Shown: positions 9,181-17,678 of the stretch, piece after piece | How positions within the stretch are numbered: position 1 is the first letter of the stretch | Layout of the letters: every line of letters starts with the position of its first letter | Source: a virus | Length of the DNA stretch: 64,000 bases | IMG/VR virus record: IMGVR_UViG_3300044710_000064 | Coordinates: 5,060 to 69,059 of that record | Direction: 5' to 3' (one strand) | The notes under the pieces: generated by a model | Databases searched by the model: none | What the model saw: only the letters and a program-made list of their open reading frames with translations | Told to the model about the DNA's origin: nothing | Made by a program: the position numbers and the translations under genes

Positions 9181-9619
9181 ACTTTCAATCGTCCCCGTCT
9201 CCCTCGATGAGGCTAATGCCTTCGTGCGCGAGCACCACCGGCATCATGGCCCAGTACCGGGCGCGAAGTTCTGTATCGGGGTCGCGCTGGAAGATCGAAT
9301 CGTAGGGGTTGCGATTGTCGGCAGGCCGGTCGCACGGATGTCAGATAACGGCTGGACCCTCGAAGTAAACCGCACCTGCACGGACGGAACAAAGAACGCC
9401 AACTCTATGCTCTACGGCGCTTGCCGCCGCGCGGCCTTCGCACTAGGCTACCGAAAACTCATCACCTACACGCTGCCATCGGAGAGCGGCGATAGCCTTC
9501 GAGGGGCAGGCTGGAAGTGCCTTGGACAGGCAGGCGGTGGAAATTGGTCCCGCGTTTCAAGGCCGAGAGTTGATACGCATCCGACACAAACCAAATTGAG
9601 ATGGGAGGCCCATGCCTGA
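9173..9619 (+). CDS. XF1762-family protein (Mom-like GNAT fold, putative DNA modification)
   Basis: ANAFVREHHRHH, VGVAIVGRPVAR, LEVNRTCTDG, SMLYGAC, LITYT. Confidence 0.8.
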   Translation: MPELSIVPVSLDEANAFVREHHRHHGPVPGAKFCIGVALEDRIVGVAIVGRPVARMSDNGWTLEVNRTCTDGTKNANSMLYGACRRAAFALGYRKLITYTLPSESGDSLRGAGWKCLGQAGGGNWSRVSRPRVDTHPTQTKLRWEAHA

Positions 9620-9920
9620 ACAAAACCCCTCTTCCGATCCCATTGTCATTGTCGAGCGCATCATGACGATGCACTGGGACATCTTCGCCTGTGACTGCTG
9701 GATTTGTAAAACGGGGAGGTTAGCGGGCTGCCGACCACGGGAAGAATACTTGCGGTGGAGGGGTCATTTCAACTGGGTCGATGCATTCCATCCAGGTCCG
9801 GAAATACTACCTCCAGCGAGACCAAAAGACGATTTCAGCGAACGGCTCGAACGTATCGAGCAAAAACTAAACCAACTAATTCAGGAGGTATCCGAGCAGC
9901 CAAAGGAGAACAAAGCCTAG
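9612..9920 (+). CDS. Hypothetical protein (Cys motif plus coiled coil)
   Basis: CDCWIC..GC; RBS GGAGG. Confidence 0.55.
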   Translation: MPEQNPSSDPIVIVERIMTMHWDIFACDCWICKTGRLAGCRPREEYLRWRGHFNWVDAFHPGPEILPPARPKDDFSERLERIEQKLNQLIQEVSEQPKENKA

Positions 9921-9921
9921 C

Positions 9922-10335
9922 ATGGCCACCACAACCGTCAAGTCGGAATCGCAGCAATTGACCGAGCAACTCATCGATCAGATTGCGGCGATGCTCGCCG
10001 AGCAGACCGACAACATTCAAACCGCACTCAATAACGCAACCAAGGAGATTTTGAAACAGATGGCAACGAACGCGGATGCACTTCAGACCCAACTAGCCAC
10101 GGTCACTACCAACCTGACCGCCGTCTCTGGCTCACTAACCACAATAAACACCGGGATTCAGAATCTCGATACTCTTATCACGACTTTGCAGCAGCAGATC
10201 GCGGCGGGGAGTTCGACCCTGAGCGCGTCTGACCAAGCGGCACTAACAGCCGTGGTTAACGCTTCTTCGGCGCTGGCCACGCAAGCGGCAGCTATCAGCA
10301 CAACACCGCCGGCAGCGCCGCCGGCGAGTTCATAG
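9922..10335 (+). CDS. Ala/Thr/Gln-rich coiled-coil protein
   Basis: RBS AAGGAG; heptad pattern; Pro-rich tail. Confidence 0.7.
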   Translation: MATTTVKSESQQLTEQLIDQIAAMLAEQTDNIQTALNNATKEILKQMATNADALQTQLATVTTNLTAVSGSLTTINTGIQNLDTLITTLQQQIAAGSSTLSASDQAALTAVVNASSALATQAAAISTTPPAAPPASS

Positions 10336-10341
10336 CGAGTT

Positions 10342-10929
10342 TACTGGCGTACCGGGGAGCCACGGATCGCATAATTCCCCTGTTAGCGGGCAAGCTGCCG
10401 TGCCGGTGAAATAGCTGGCGGAAAAATTCGGCTCAGGCCCTCGCGAAACGGTAGTGAGAGCGATCACGGGCGACGATCCGGTACGCCAGTAGCGATCTCC
10501 ATGGAGCGCTACTATAACGGCGCGGCGATGCGGTTAAACCGGTCTTACTCGTTTTCGCCGGTATGTCGCGCTGGAAGTCGGACCGCTTCACTCTAACCGT
10601 GTGGTCCCGAGCGGTGGGGAAATCGGGCAAAGGTTCGGGCAACAGGCGTCACGGGTTTTGCCGGCTGATACCGTTGCCCGTTGAAAGCGGCTCGCTTGCC
10701 CGGGGGGAGTTGGGTAGGCGAGTCGCCTGAAAATGTCTGCTGGCGTCGGTGGTATTGATCCGCTGGAACCCGGAAAGACTCCCGGCTCACGCGGTTTAGT
10801 CACTACGGTTAGTTCCGTAGAGCGAAACCCTCCGGATGAAGAGCATAGCCACTACCGGCAGGTTGCGAAGGCACGCCAGCGAGTTTTTCAAGGAGTGGGC
10901 GCTGGTTTACTTGCCATTTTCCGGCGCCC
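10342..10929 (+). ncRNA. Putative large structured ncRNA or cis-RNA
   Basis: About 615-bp gene-free gap with many stems, e.g. perfect 14 bp 10342-10355/10478-10491, 17 bp with G-U pairs 10687-10726, 10739-46/10873-80, 10897-905/10921-29. Confidence 0.55.
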
Positions 10930-10951
10930 CAATTTTTAGAGAAGGAGTTTA

Positions 10952-11275
10952 ATGACCGACCTGTTACAGATTCTGCTCGACATGCGGAGCGGCCAAGTCG
11001 CGGCTGACTGCAATCTAAAATTCAACGAGGTTCTCAAGGCCGTGCTGGAAACAGGCGGCAAAGGGAAACTCACTATCGATCTATTGATCGCGCCTTCCAA
11101 GATGGGCATGGGCGGCGCGGTCGTAGAAGTCGAAACCACTCACGAGTGCAAGATGAAAAAGCCCGAACTAGCAATCGGCAAGAGCTTTTTCTTCGTCATG
11201 CCGGACGGCACTCTAACCCGCGAAGATCCGGCTCAGGCCGCGATGTTCCAACAGCAACAGGAGTTCAAAAGATAG
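10952..11275 (+). CDS. YfdP-like partner of DUF2303 protein
   Basis: AVLETGGKGKLTI...SFFFVMPDGTLTREDPAQ; RBS AAGGAG. Confidence 0.75.
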   Translation: MTDLLQILLDMRSGQVAADCNLKFNEVLKAVLETGGKGKLTIDLLIAPSKMGMGGAVVEVETTHECKMKKPELAIGKSFFFVMPDGTLTREDPAQAAMFQQQQEFKR

Positions 11276-11277
11276 CT

Positions 11278-12111
11278 ATGCAAGACATCAATCCTAAAAG
11301 TCTCAATGAACTTGTCCGCCTGGGAACCGATGCCGCGAAGCCCCGCGAAGTTCCGGGAGGAAATATCCCCTACGCTCTGGTGCCAGAAGGCTTCACCCTT
11401 CAGACGCTGGAAAACTTCATCCACAACGAACACAACGCGACTCCGGAGCGCGTTAAAGCTACCGTGTCTGTGTTGGACGCGGAGTCCTTCGTTGAATACT
11501 ACACGCTTTTTAACGATCCGAATAGTCGCATGTTCGCCGACGAGACCAATCTGAGTGTCACGGCGATTCTGGATTACCACGCGGCCGGAGAGGGAACGCC
11601 ACGCTGGGGCCACCATCGGCTCAAGTTGGGACTGCGGAAGTCGGTCGAATGGGAACGCTGGACTGGCTCTAACGGAAAGCAGCTAACCCAGCAGCAATTT
11701 GCCGAATTCCTGGAGCAGAACTCACTTGACATAAGCTCTCCTTCGCCTGCCAGCATCGTGGAAGTGGCGCGCGATCTGGACGCCCACACCGAGGTCGAAT
11801 TCGGGGCCGGTCAAAGAATGGAGAATGGGCAAGTCCGTTTCAGATACACGGAGCAGATCAAGGCCACCGTGGGCGGCGGTTCGATGGAGGTTCCGGAGCG
11901 ATTCACGCTCAGCATATCCGTATTCATCGGCGGAACTCCGATAGCGGTAGACGCGCTTCTGCGATTCCGGGTGAAGGACGGGAAACTCGTTCTGTGGTAC
12001 ACGCTCATTCGGCCCGAGCAGGCCACGCGAGACGCATTCCTGGCGATCCGCAACCAGATCGCGGACGTGCTGAAGCTCACCATCATCAACGGCACTCCCA
12101 ACCAAGGCTAA
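11278..12111 (+). CDS. DUF2303 (YfdQ-like) protein
   Basis: ESFVEY, AILDYH, WGHHR, QQQFAEFLE, VPERFTLSISVF, LLRFR. Confidence 0.85.
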   Translation: MQDINPKSLNELVRLGTDAAKPREVPGGNIPYALVPEGFTLQTLENFIHNEHNATPERVKATVSVLDAESFVEYYTLFNDPNSRMFADETNLSVTAILDYHAAGEGTPRWGHHRLKLGLRKSVEWERWTGSNGKQLTQQQFAEFLEQNSLDISSPSPASIVEVARDLDAHTEVEFGAGQRMENGQVRFRYTEQIKATVGGGSMEVPERFTLSISVFIGGTPIAVDALLRFRVKDGKLVLWYTLIRPEQATRDAFLAIRNQIADVLKLTIINGTPNQG

Positions 12112-12115
12112 CCCA

Positions 12116-12610
12116 GTGTTATACGGACGCACCAATGCGGAGAGCGCAAGCCCGGATGTCGGGACGATCTGGAACAAGGGCATGATGTCAAGCGTTCGGC
12201 AGGACTGGGCTACTCCGCGCACTCTTTTCGAGATGCTGTCGAAGGAGTTTCACTTCACTCTCGATGTGTGCGCGACTGCCGAGACTGCGGTTTGCGAGGA
12301 GTTCTTTTTTAGTGAGGCGCTGGAACGGCATTGGGTTCCAGTGGTCGATGGCTCGGTCTGGTGCAATCCACCATACGGTCGGAAGATTGGTGACTGGGTA
12401 GAAAAAGGCTATCGCGAATCAAGGGGCTACGGGACCGTGGTCATGCTGCTGCCCGCGCGCACGGACACTCAATGGTTTCACGACTACTGCCTGAAGGGTG
12501 AGATCCGCTTCCTGCGGGGGCGATTAAGTTTTGATGACCAGAAGAGGAAAAGCCGAGCGCCATTTCCGTCCATGCTGGTGATCTTTCGCGCAAGGGAGCA
12601 ACCCGCATGA
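12116..12610 (+). CDS. Phage DNA N6-adenine methyltransferase (Dam_phage type)
   Basis: DWATP, FTLDVCA, WCNPPY, LLPARTDTQWFH, FLRGRLSF; true start may be downstream (about 12182). Confidence 0.9.
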   Translation: MLYGRTNAESASPDVGTIWNKGMMSSVRQDWATPRTLFEMLSKEFHFTLDVCATAETAVCEEFFFSEALERHWVPVVDGSVWCNPPYGRKIGDWVEKGYRESRGYGTVVMLLPARTDTQWFHDYCLKGEIRFLRGRLSFDDQKRKSRAPFPSMLVIFRAREQPA

Positions 12611-12984
12611 GCCTTCTCTCCGTTGCCGAATTCCGCGATCTATCCAAGCCAAAGCGCTCGAAGTACGGGGTGGGACCGAAAGAATCCAGGACATACGGCG
12701 GTCGCGTGTATGATTCGGCCCTGGAGATGCGCTACGCCCAACTGCTCGATACCTGGAAACTGGCTGGCGCGGTTAAGGCGTGGTGGCCGCAAGTTTGGTT
12801 TTTGCTGCATGCTCCGGGAGGGGTTAAAGTTGGCAGCTACATTTTAGACTTCAAGGTGCTGTATGTGGATGGGCATCTGGAATACGTCGAGTGCAAAGGC
12901 CTTGATGCGCCCCTCGGGAAGTGGAAGAGAAAACACTGTGAAGCCGAGTACGGGATCAAGATCACAGTGGTGAAAAAGCTATGA
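12607..12984 (+). CDS. DUF1064-like PD-(D/E)xK nuclease
   Basis: SKYG...YDSALE..Y, YILDFKV, VECKG. Confidence 0.8.
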   Translation: MSLLSVAEFRDLSKPKRSKYGVGPKESRTYGGRVYDSALEMRYAQLLDTWKLAGAVKAWWPQVWFLLHAPGGVKVGSYILDFKVLYVDGHLEYVECKGLDAPLGKWKRKHCEAEYGIKITVVKKL

Positions 12985-13163
12985 CTAAGCCGAAGGAAGT
13001 GATTGCCGGATGGATCATCACGATCAACGAAGAAGGCCGGAACCTTTCGAAGTGGGAATTGGATTTCATGGATTCAGTGACGGAGCAGTTTGAGGAACGC
13101 GGCTCCGTCAGCGACAAGCAAGAGGAAATAATCGAGCGAATCTACGCGGATAAAACTCCATGA
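12981..13163 (+). CDS. Hypothetical protein
   Basis: LSKWELDFMDSV...SDKQ motif; coupled. Confidence 0.65.
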   Translation: MTKPKEVIAGWIITINEEGRNLSKWELDFMDSVTEQFEERGSVSDKQEEIIERIYADKTP

Positions 13164-13384
13164 AACGCCCATCCAAACGCGAGCGCCTTCGCCGGCAACG
13201 CATTAGCGCGCAAGCCCAAACAATGGCGGCCACGAGAGAAGCCGGTCGCCGCGAAATGACCCGCAGAGCTTTGTACGGGCCGGATTACGCAGCTATGACA
13301 GAAGCTGAAGCCGAAATGGAATGGAGACTGAGGCGGGAAGCGTTTAGTGAGGAGTTGAGGAGAGGTGGGGAGGCGGGAAGGTGA
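13160..13384 (+). CDS. Hypothetical basic protein
   Basis: ATGA coupled. Confidence 0.5.
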   Translation: MKRPSKRERLRRQRISAQAQTMAATREAGRREMTRRALYGPDYAAMTEAEAEMEWRLRREAFSEELRRGGEAGR

Positions 13385-13387
13385 TTT

Positions 13388-13579
13388 ATGGACGATCTCG
13401 AAGATGACGAGATGCCGTACGGTTTGCAGGATTACGAGGATGAGTTCGATGACGAGCGCGAGTTTACCGTCGAGGACGAATTCGAGGACGCCATGATGAA
13501 CTGCGGAATGATGGAAAACGGCCTCTGCATGAAGGCAGGCTCCGAGGAGTGCGACTGGGAATGTCCATTTTCAAACTGA
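13388..13579 (+). CDS. Small acidic Cys-rich protein
   Basis: Very D/E rich; CGM...CMKAGSEECDWECP. Confidence 0.6.
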   Translation: MDDLEDDEMPYGLQDYEDEFDDEREFTVEDEFEDAMMNCGMMENGLCMKAGSEECDWECPFSN

Positions 13580-13707
13580 TGGCCCCGCGCGAATGGTTCT
13601 ATCTCGGATTGCTGGCTTGTGCTGCAGCGCTGGGATTGCTGGCTTGTGTTGTGCTGAATCGGCTGTGGGGTTTGTGATTTGGTTGTTGGAGATGAAAGGG
13701 GAAAGCA

Positions 13708-13941
13708 ATGAAGGGTTACATGGATTTGGGCGACATCCAGGAAGACAGCCGAATCGACATGATCGGACACCGCGCCGTGGATCACAAAGAAGTCGTTGGT
13801 TTTGTTGTCGAGAAAGACGGCGCCAAGGGCGACCGTTACATCAAGAAGCTGAAGGAAAAGTTCCCGCAGATTTCCGTGATGGGCCGCTTCGACGGTCCGG
13901 TAGCCGACGTGGAAACAATCAAAGTCGGAGTTGTGCAATGA
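13708..13941 (+). CDS. Hypothetical protein
   Basis: RBS-like AAGGGG; ATGA overlap with next gene. Confidence 0.6.
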   Translation: MKGYMDLGDIQEDSRIDMIGHRAVDHKEVVGFVVEKDGAKGDRYIKKLKEKFPQISVMGRFDGPVADVETIKVGVVQ

Positions 13942-14546
13942 GCATAGACAAAGTCGAGGGATTCATCGAAGTTGGCGAGAACGAATCCGGCGAGATCGTT
14001 ATCAACATCCCGCCAAATCAGAAGCGGCGGGAACAGCACGCTACCAATTGCGCTTATCGCGGCGACCTCGACGAGCTTTGCAACTGCGGAGTCCAATTCT
14101 TCTCGCCAAACCAGGCACGCAATCTCGCGAACCTCCTGAACAAGCACGCCAATGAAGCCGAGCGCGAAACGCGCCGCAAGGAAGAGGAGGCCCGGCGCAA
14201 AGCGGCGGAGGCCATTCCCGTTGACTACAACGCGCGCACGCTGCTGGATGGATCTCCGGTCACGGACGATCACCGCGAGATTGAGCCTGCCACAGGCATG
14301 CAGAAAAGCTACGTGGTCCTGAGCGCCGAAGAACGCGCTAAAGGCTTCGTGCGTCCGGTTCGCAGATCCTACAAGCACTTGAAGTGTGGAGCGGTCACGA
14401 GCATGGGGCAGGCGCTCGCGGAGACGTACGCCCGATGCCCAACGTTCTACACCGGCACATATTGCGTGCAATGCTGCGACCATTTGCCCGTCGGCGAAGA
14501 TGGCGAGTTCGTTTGGGTGGATGACGGGAGCAAGGTCGGAACTTAG
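13938..14546 (+). CDS. Conserved phage protein with Cys/His (Zn-binding) motifs
   Basis: YVVLSAEERAKGFVRPVRRSYKHLKCG...TYCVQC..HLPV..EFVW. Confidence 0.7.
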   Translation: MSIDKVEGFIEVGENESGEIVINIPPNQKRREQHATNCAYRGDLDELCNCGVQFFSPNQARNLANLLNKHANEAERETRRKEEEARRKAAEAIPVDYNARTLLDGSPVTDDHREIEPATGMQKSYVVLSAEERAKGFVRPVRRSYKHLKCGAVTSMGQALAETYARCPTFYTGTYCVQCCDHLPVGEDGEFVWVDDGSKVGT

Positions 14547-14860
14547 TGCCAATGGTCCTAATCCGTCATCTTCTACGCCCAACTGGAGTAATACCACTTG
14601 GAAAACGTGCGCTGTCTTTGACGGAGAATGTCATGGCGCACGCGGCACGGATCGAGAGACGGGACCGGCTCAGGAAAAGGATCGCGCTGCACGTCCCAGA
14701 GCCGGAGCCAGAGCGAAAGCCGAGACTGCCTCCGCCGGTTCATCACGGACCAATGCGAAGCGCGGCAGAACGGAGAGAGCGGATGTTTGAGGAGATGCGA
14801 ATGCGGAATTCGAAGAGGTGGGCGAGGAGTGGGGCGTGGGCGGATCGGGAGGGGCTATGA
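14546..14860 (+). CDS. Hypothetical basic protein
   Basis: Fills the gap with coupled ends; start uncertain. Confidence 0.45.
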   Translation: MPMVLIRHLLRPTGVIPLGKRALSLTENVMAHAARIERRDRLRKRIALHVPEPEPERKPRLPPPVHHGPMRSAAERRERMFEEMRMRNSKRWARSGAWADREGL

Positions 14861-15075
14861 GCATTGAATGTCCTGAGTGTGAGCGAGATCTTCGCGGAGG
14901 TCACGATCCTGGTTGCTCTCGCGCATCAAAACGACCGAAGTGGCTAGATGGCTGGCTTGACTATCCGCACGGATCTTTATCTGAGAAGCAAGCCAGAGAA
15001 GTTTGCTGGTACGTGGTACGGCTGGAAGAATTAATTATCCAATTGCACCGCGCTACTGGATGGAAGCCAGAATGA
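14857..15075 (+). CDS. Hypothetical protein (CPEC..H...C)
   Basis: RBS GGAGG; ATGA overlap. Confidence 0.55.
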   Translation: MSIECPECERDLRGGHDPGCSRASKRPKWLDGWLDYPHGSLSEKQAREVCWYVVRLEELIIQLHRATGWKPE

Positions 15076-15104
15076 GGGAGCGTCATGCATAATCGGGAGG
15101 TGCT

Positions 15105-15404
15105 ATGACAGCATGGGAGCAATCCCGCAAAGACTGGGATCACACTTGGACGGACCTTGGCGGGAACGACGACTTGCGGAACTCAAACTGGCGGAATATT
15201 CGCTGTTCTGAATGCGGAAAGTTACGTGCTCAGACAGGAGTCGCTACCGAATATCGGGAATGGTGTTCCGTAAAGATTGAGCGTGAGATTCAAGCGGCCA
15301 TCGATGAGACGGTGGAGCAGGTGGCGAAGATGGCAGAGGAGGATCATAAGTACGCACTCGCTCACGATATTCGAGCCCTTAAGAGTAAGGAGCCTCATGC
15401 CTGA
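15105..15404 (+). CDS. Hypothetical protein
   Basis: RBS GGAGG; CSEC motif. Confidence 0.55.
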   Translation: MTAWEQSRKDWDHTWTDLGGNDDLRNSNWRNIRCSECGKLRAQTGVATEYREWCSVKIEREIQAAIDETVEQVAKMAEEDHKYALAHDIRALKSKEPHA

Positions 15405-15609
15405 CGAGAACAACAGATTGAGCCCCGAACATACCGCCGAGCGTGTCCACTTCGGATCTTCAGAGCCTGAGTGGTTTCTGTACCTGAATGGTATCCACAC
15501 GGGCTATTGGTACGAATATCACGACGGGCCACTGCCGAAGCGGTATGCGGTTTCTAGCGAGCGACGCACGTGCATCGAAGGACGAAGCGCTGGGAGTGGA
15601 CATGCCTGA
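15397..15609 (+). CDS. Hypothetical protein flanked by 15-bp direct repeats
   Basis: RBS AAGGAG; CATGCCTGACGAGAA at 15396-15410 and 15601-15615. Confidence 0.55.
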   Translation: MPDENNRLSPEHTAERVHFGSSEPEWFLYLNGIHTGYWYEYHDGPLPKRYAVSSERRTCIEGRSAGSGHA

Positions 15610-16438
15610 CGAGAAGCGATGGATGAGCCGGGAGGAGCGGGAGGCGATACGTGAGAACTTGGAAGCTTACAGATCCAAAACACAGATCAAAGTATTGCTC
15701 GACTCCCACGACGCCTGCGAGCAAGAGCTTCGAGAGGCGCAAGCGATCATCACTTTCGTGTCTGACAAGTTGGCCGAAGCTGGTGGAACTCTTGATCCTA
15801 AATTAGCTCGCCAGATCGTGATGGATTTGCAAATCGACATCCGACAAGGCGGAGCTAATATCCTAACGTACTGGAAGGATGAGATATCCAGCCTGCGAGA
15901 GCAAGTCGCCGAACTGCAGCGGGATCGGGATAGGCTACGGGACCTTGTGAGTTGTGGAGATACACAAGATCCAAATTGGTGCTATGTCTGTGACCGTCCC
16001 GCAAACGACTGTGTTTGTGGCAAAGATCCCAGTGGACCGTTACCAAACTCTGCCTGTGTGAAGCACTGCCAAGAATGCGGAGAGCCCAACGGTAAGCACA
16101 AATCGAGTTGTCCCGCTAACTATGGCCCGATCTTCAAAACGTCAGGGGTAGACGCCGCGATGAAGGCGACCGACGAGGCTATCAAAATGACTAAAAGCTC
16201 CATGACATTGAACTTGAAACTCGATCTCGTGAAGGGAGTTGAAGGAAATTCTATCTACCTGAATGATTACCGGATCGCTGGTCCAAAGCCGTGGGGTGGT
16301 GGAACGGTACTCCAATCGTGGAGAGTCAAAGCCGCAAATGTACTGAAGGTCCTGGAGGAAGATCCGCCAGCTAAGTCGGCATCAAGTACCCCACTTAGGG
16401 GGAATGTGAAGGCGACCGTCGAGGCGAAGGAGAAGTAA
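15602..16438 (+). CDS. Mosaic hypothetical protein (coiled coil, Cys clusters, fused cassette)
   Basis: CYVC..CVC and CQEC..H...C; internal copy of the junction repeat followed by ATG 16187. Confidence 0.6.
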   Translation: MPDEKRWMSREEREAIRENLEAYRSKTQIKVLLDSHDACEQELREAQAIITFVSDKLAEAGGTLDPKLARQIVMDLQIDIRQGGANILTYWKDEISSLREQVAELQRDRDRLRDLVSCGDTQDPNWCYVCDRPANDCVCGKDPSGPLPNSACVKHCQECGEPNGKHKSSCPANYGPIFKTSGVDAAMKATDEAIKMTKSSMTLNLKLDLVKGVEGNSIYLNDYRIAGPKPWGGGTVLQSWRVKAANVLKVLEEDPPAKSASSTPLRGNVKATVEAKEK

Positions 16439-16439
16439 G

Positions 16440-16628
16440 ATGGACCGTGCGAAAATCATCTACTTATACGAACTGTATCGTGAATCCCGAATATCCGAGG
16501 ACGTACCGAACGTGCCGTTTCTAAGTCTGAGCCCACGAGAACAGATTGCGTGGGGCAAGTTTTGCAGAGACGTGGATAGGGAATATAGGTTTGCTCTAGC
16601 CCGCACCGCCGAGGCGAAGGAGAAGTGA
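16440..16628 (+). CDS. Hypothetical protein
   Basis: RBS supplied by the repeat; ends TAEAKEK. Confidence 0.6.
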   Translation: MDRAKIIYLYELYRESRISEDVPNVPFLSLSPREQIAWGKFCRDVDREYRFALARTAEAKEK

Positions 16629-17164
16629 TGGAACGCGAAAAGGTTTACAAAGCCATTGATTCCGAGCGATGTTTTCAGGACCGCAAATGGGGAACGGTTG
16701 AGAAGCACCCTCACGAAGTCGGCGGCTGGATCACGCTGATGGACAAACTGCTGCACGATGCCAAGACAGCGTGGGCGACATCTGACGGTGACGTCGGCGC
16801 TCTTAGAGAAATTCGCAAGGTAATCGCCGTAGGAGTAGCGTGTTGCGAGCAACACGGCGTTGATGAACGCTGGATTCACACGGATATTAAAGGCGAAGGC
16901 AGGAGGCCCGCGTTATGGCTGACGATCCAAAGCAGAGAATTGCAGAACTATCGAGGTTCGATCGATACAGGCAATCTGGCTGCGACTGGTGCGCCAAACA
17001 TCTGGCTGGCGATGATCGGGTTACGGACGTTCTGGAGCAATCGCATCCAAGGTTGGTTCATAAGGTATATCCCCCGCATGTCGATACACCATTCAGCCAA
17101 TATTTGGAATGCACTGCTCCACTGTCAGTTTACGAGTGGAGCGAGCAGAGAATTGCAGAACTAG
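16625..17164 (+). CDS. MazG-like all-alpha NTP pyrophosphohydrolase-like protein (3' part overlaps next gene)
   Basis: AIDSER..QDRKWG...IRKVIAVGVACCEQHG pattern in the first 80 aa. Confidence 0.5.
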   Translation: MMEREKVYKAIDSERCFQDRKWGTVEKHPHEVGGWITLMDKLLHDAKTAWATSDGDVGALREIRKVIAVGVACCEQHGVDERWIHTDIKGEGRRPALWLTIQSRELQNYRGSIDTGNLAATGAPNIWLAMIGLRTFWSNRIQGWFIRYIPRMSIHHSANIWNALLHCQFTSGASRELQN

Positions 17165-17463
17165 AGGAAGCGCTGCGGAGGGCTGAGGAAAGCTTAAATT
17201 GCGCCAATATCAACTTTGACAGGGTCAGTTGGCTGTGTACGCGACTGAAGGAGCACGTGACGGTGCTAGAAAAGGCGCTGCGAATGTTATCCAACGCAGC
17301 CACTTCGTTCATACATCTAGATGAGATATGGAACACTACAAGCTCTAACATCAAGGTCTTCGCTGGCATAATATCGAAATCCCAGCAGGCTCTCGCCCAC
17401 CCCACAGCGCCACATGCCGCTACTGCCGCGATGAAGGCGACCGCCGAGGCGAAGGATTTATGA
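16915..17463 (+). CDS. Coiled-coil scaffold protein, paralogue A
   Basis: RBS AGGAGG; MADDPKQRIAEL start shared with the 17857 ORF. Confidence 0.6.
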   Translation: MADDPKQRIAELSRFDRYRQSGCDWCAKHLAGDDRVTDVLEQSHPRLVHKVYPPHVDTPFSQYLECTAPLSVYEWSEQRIAELEEALRRAEESLNCANINFDRVSWLCTRLKEHVTVLEKALRMLSNAATSFIHLDEIWNTTSSNIKVFAGIISKSQQALAHPTAPHAATAAMKATAEAKDL

Positions 17464-17678
17464 GTAAGCCTACGAATTGGCCCGAAGGTGTCCCCTATAT
17501 AGATCCCGCTGTACGACATGTCGGGATAAGCACGCTACGTCTGATGCACGCAACTGCTGTCGCTCGACTTGAAGGAATTTTAGTTATTAGAGACGGAGAC
17601 GAGCCGATAGGCGTTCTGATGCCTTATGCGATTTATTTGGAAATGCAGCGGACCGCCGAGGCGAAGGAGAAAGTATGA
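17460..17678 (+). CDS. Hypothetical protein (weak Phd/YefM-like pattern)
   Basis: VGISTLR...LVIRDGDEPIGVLMPYAIY. Confidence 0.5.
   Translation: MSKPTNWPEGVPYIDPAVRHVGISTLRLMHATAVARLEGILVIRDGDEPIGVLMPYAIYLEMQRTAEAKEKV

Larger units (their letters stand above)
16154..17671 (+). repeat. Five copies of a gene-junction motif (GCCGCGATGAAGGC)GACCGCCGAGGCGAAGGAGAA
   Basis: Copies at 16154-16179, 16407-16436, 16605-16628, 17425-17456 and 17651-17671. Confidence 0.88.

Noticed and set aside
10810-10855. Group I intron R/S-like or hammerhead-like words (CCGTAGAG, CGAAAC, AAGAGCATAGCC)
   Set aside because: The P7 pairing and the CUGAnGA core could not be built, and no interrupted gene flanks the region
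13605-13650. Tandem GGATTGCTGGCTTGTG repeat
   Set aside because: Only two copies, explained by a GLLAC duplication in a probable short membrane peptide
16154-17671. CRISPR array or diversity-generating retroelement
   Set aside because: Spacing is irregular and gene-sized, the repeats are coding, and there is no cas or reverse transcriptase gene or adenine-specific TR/VR pair
17460-17678. Toxin-antitoxin pair
   Set aside because: Only a weak Phd-like pattern, with no recognisable adjacent toxin
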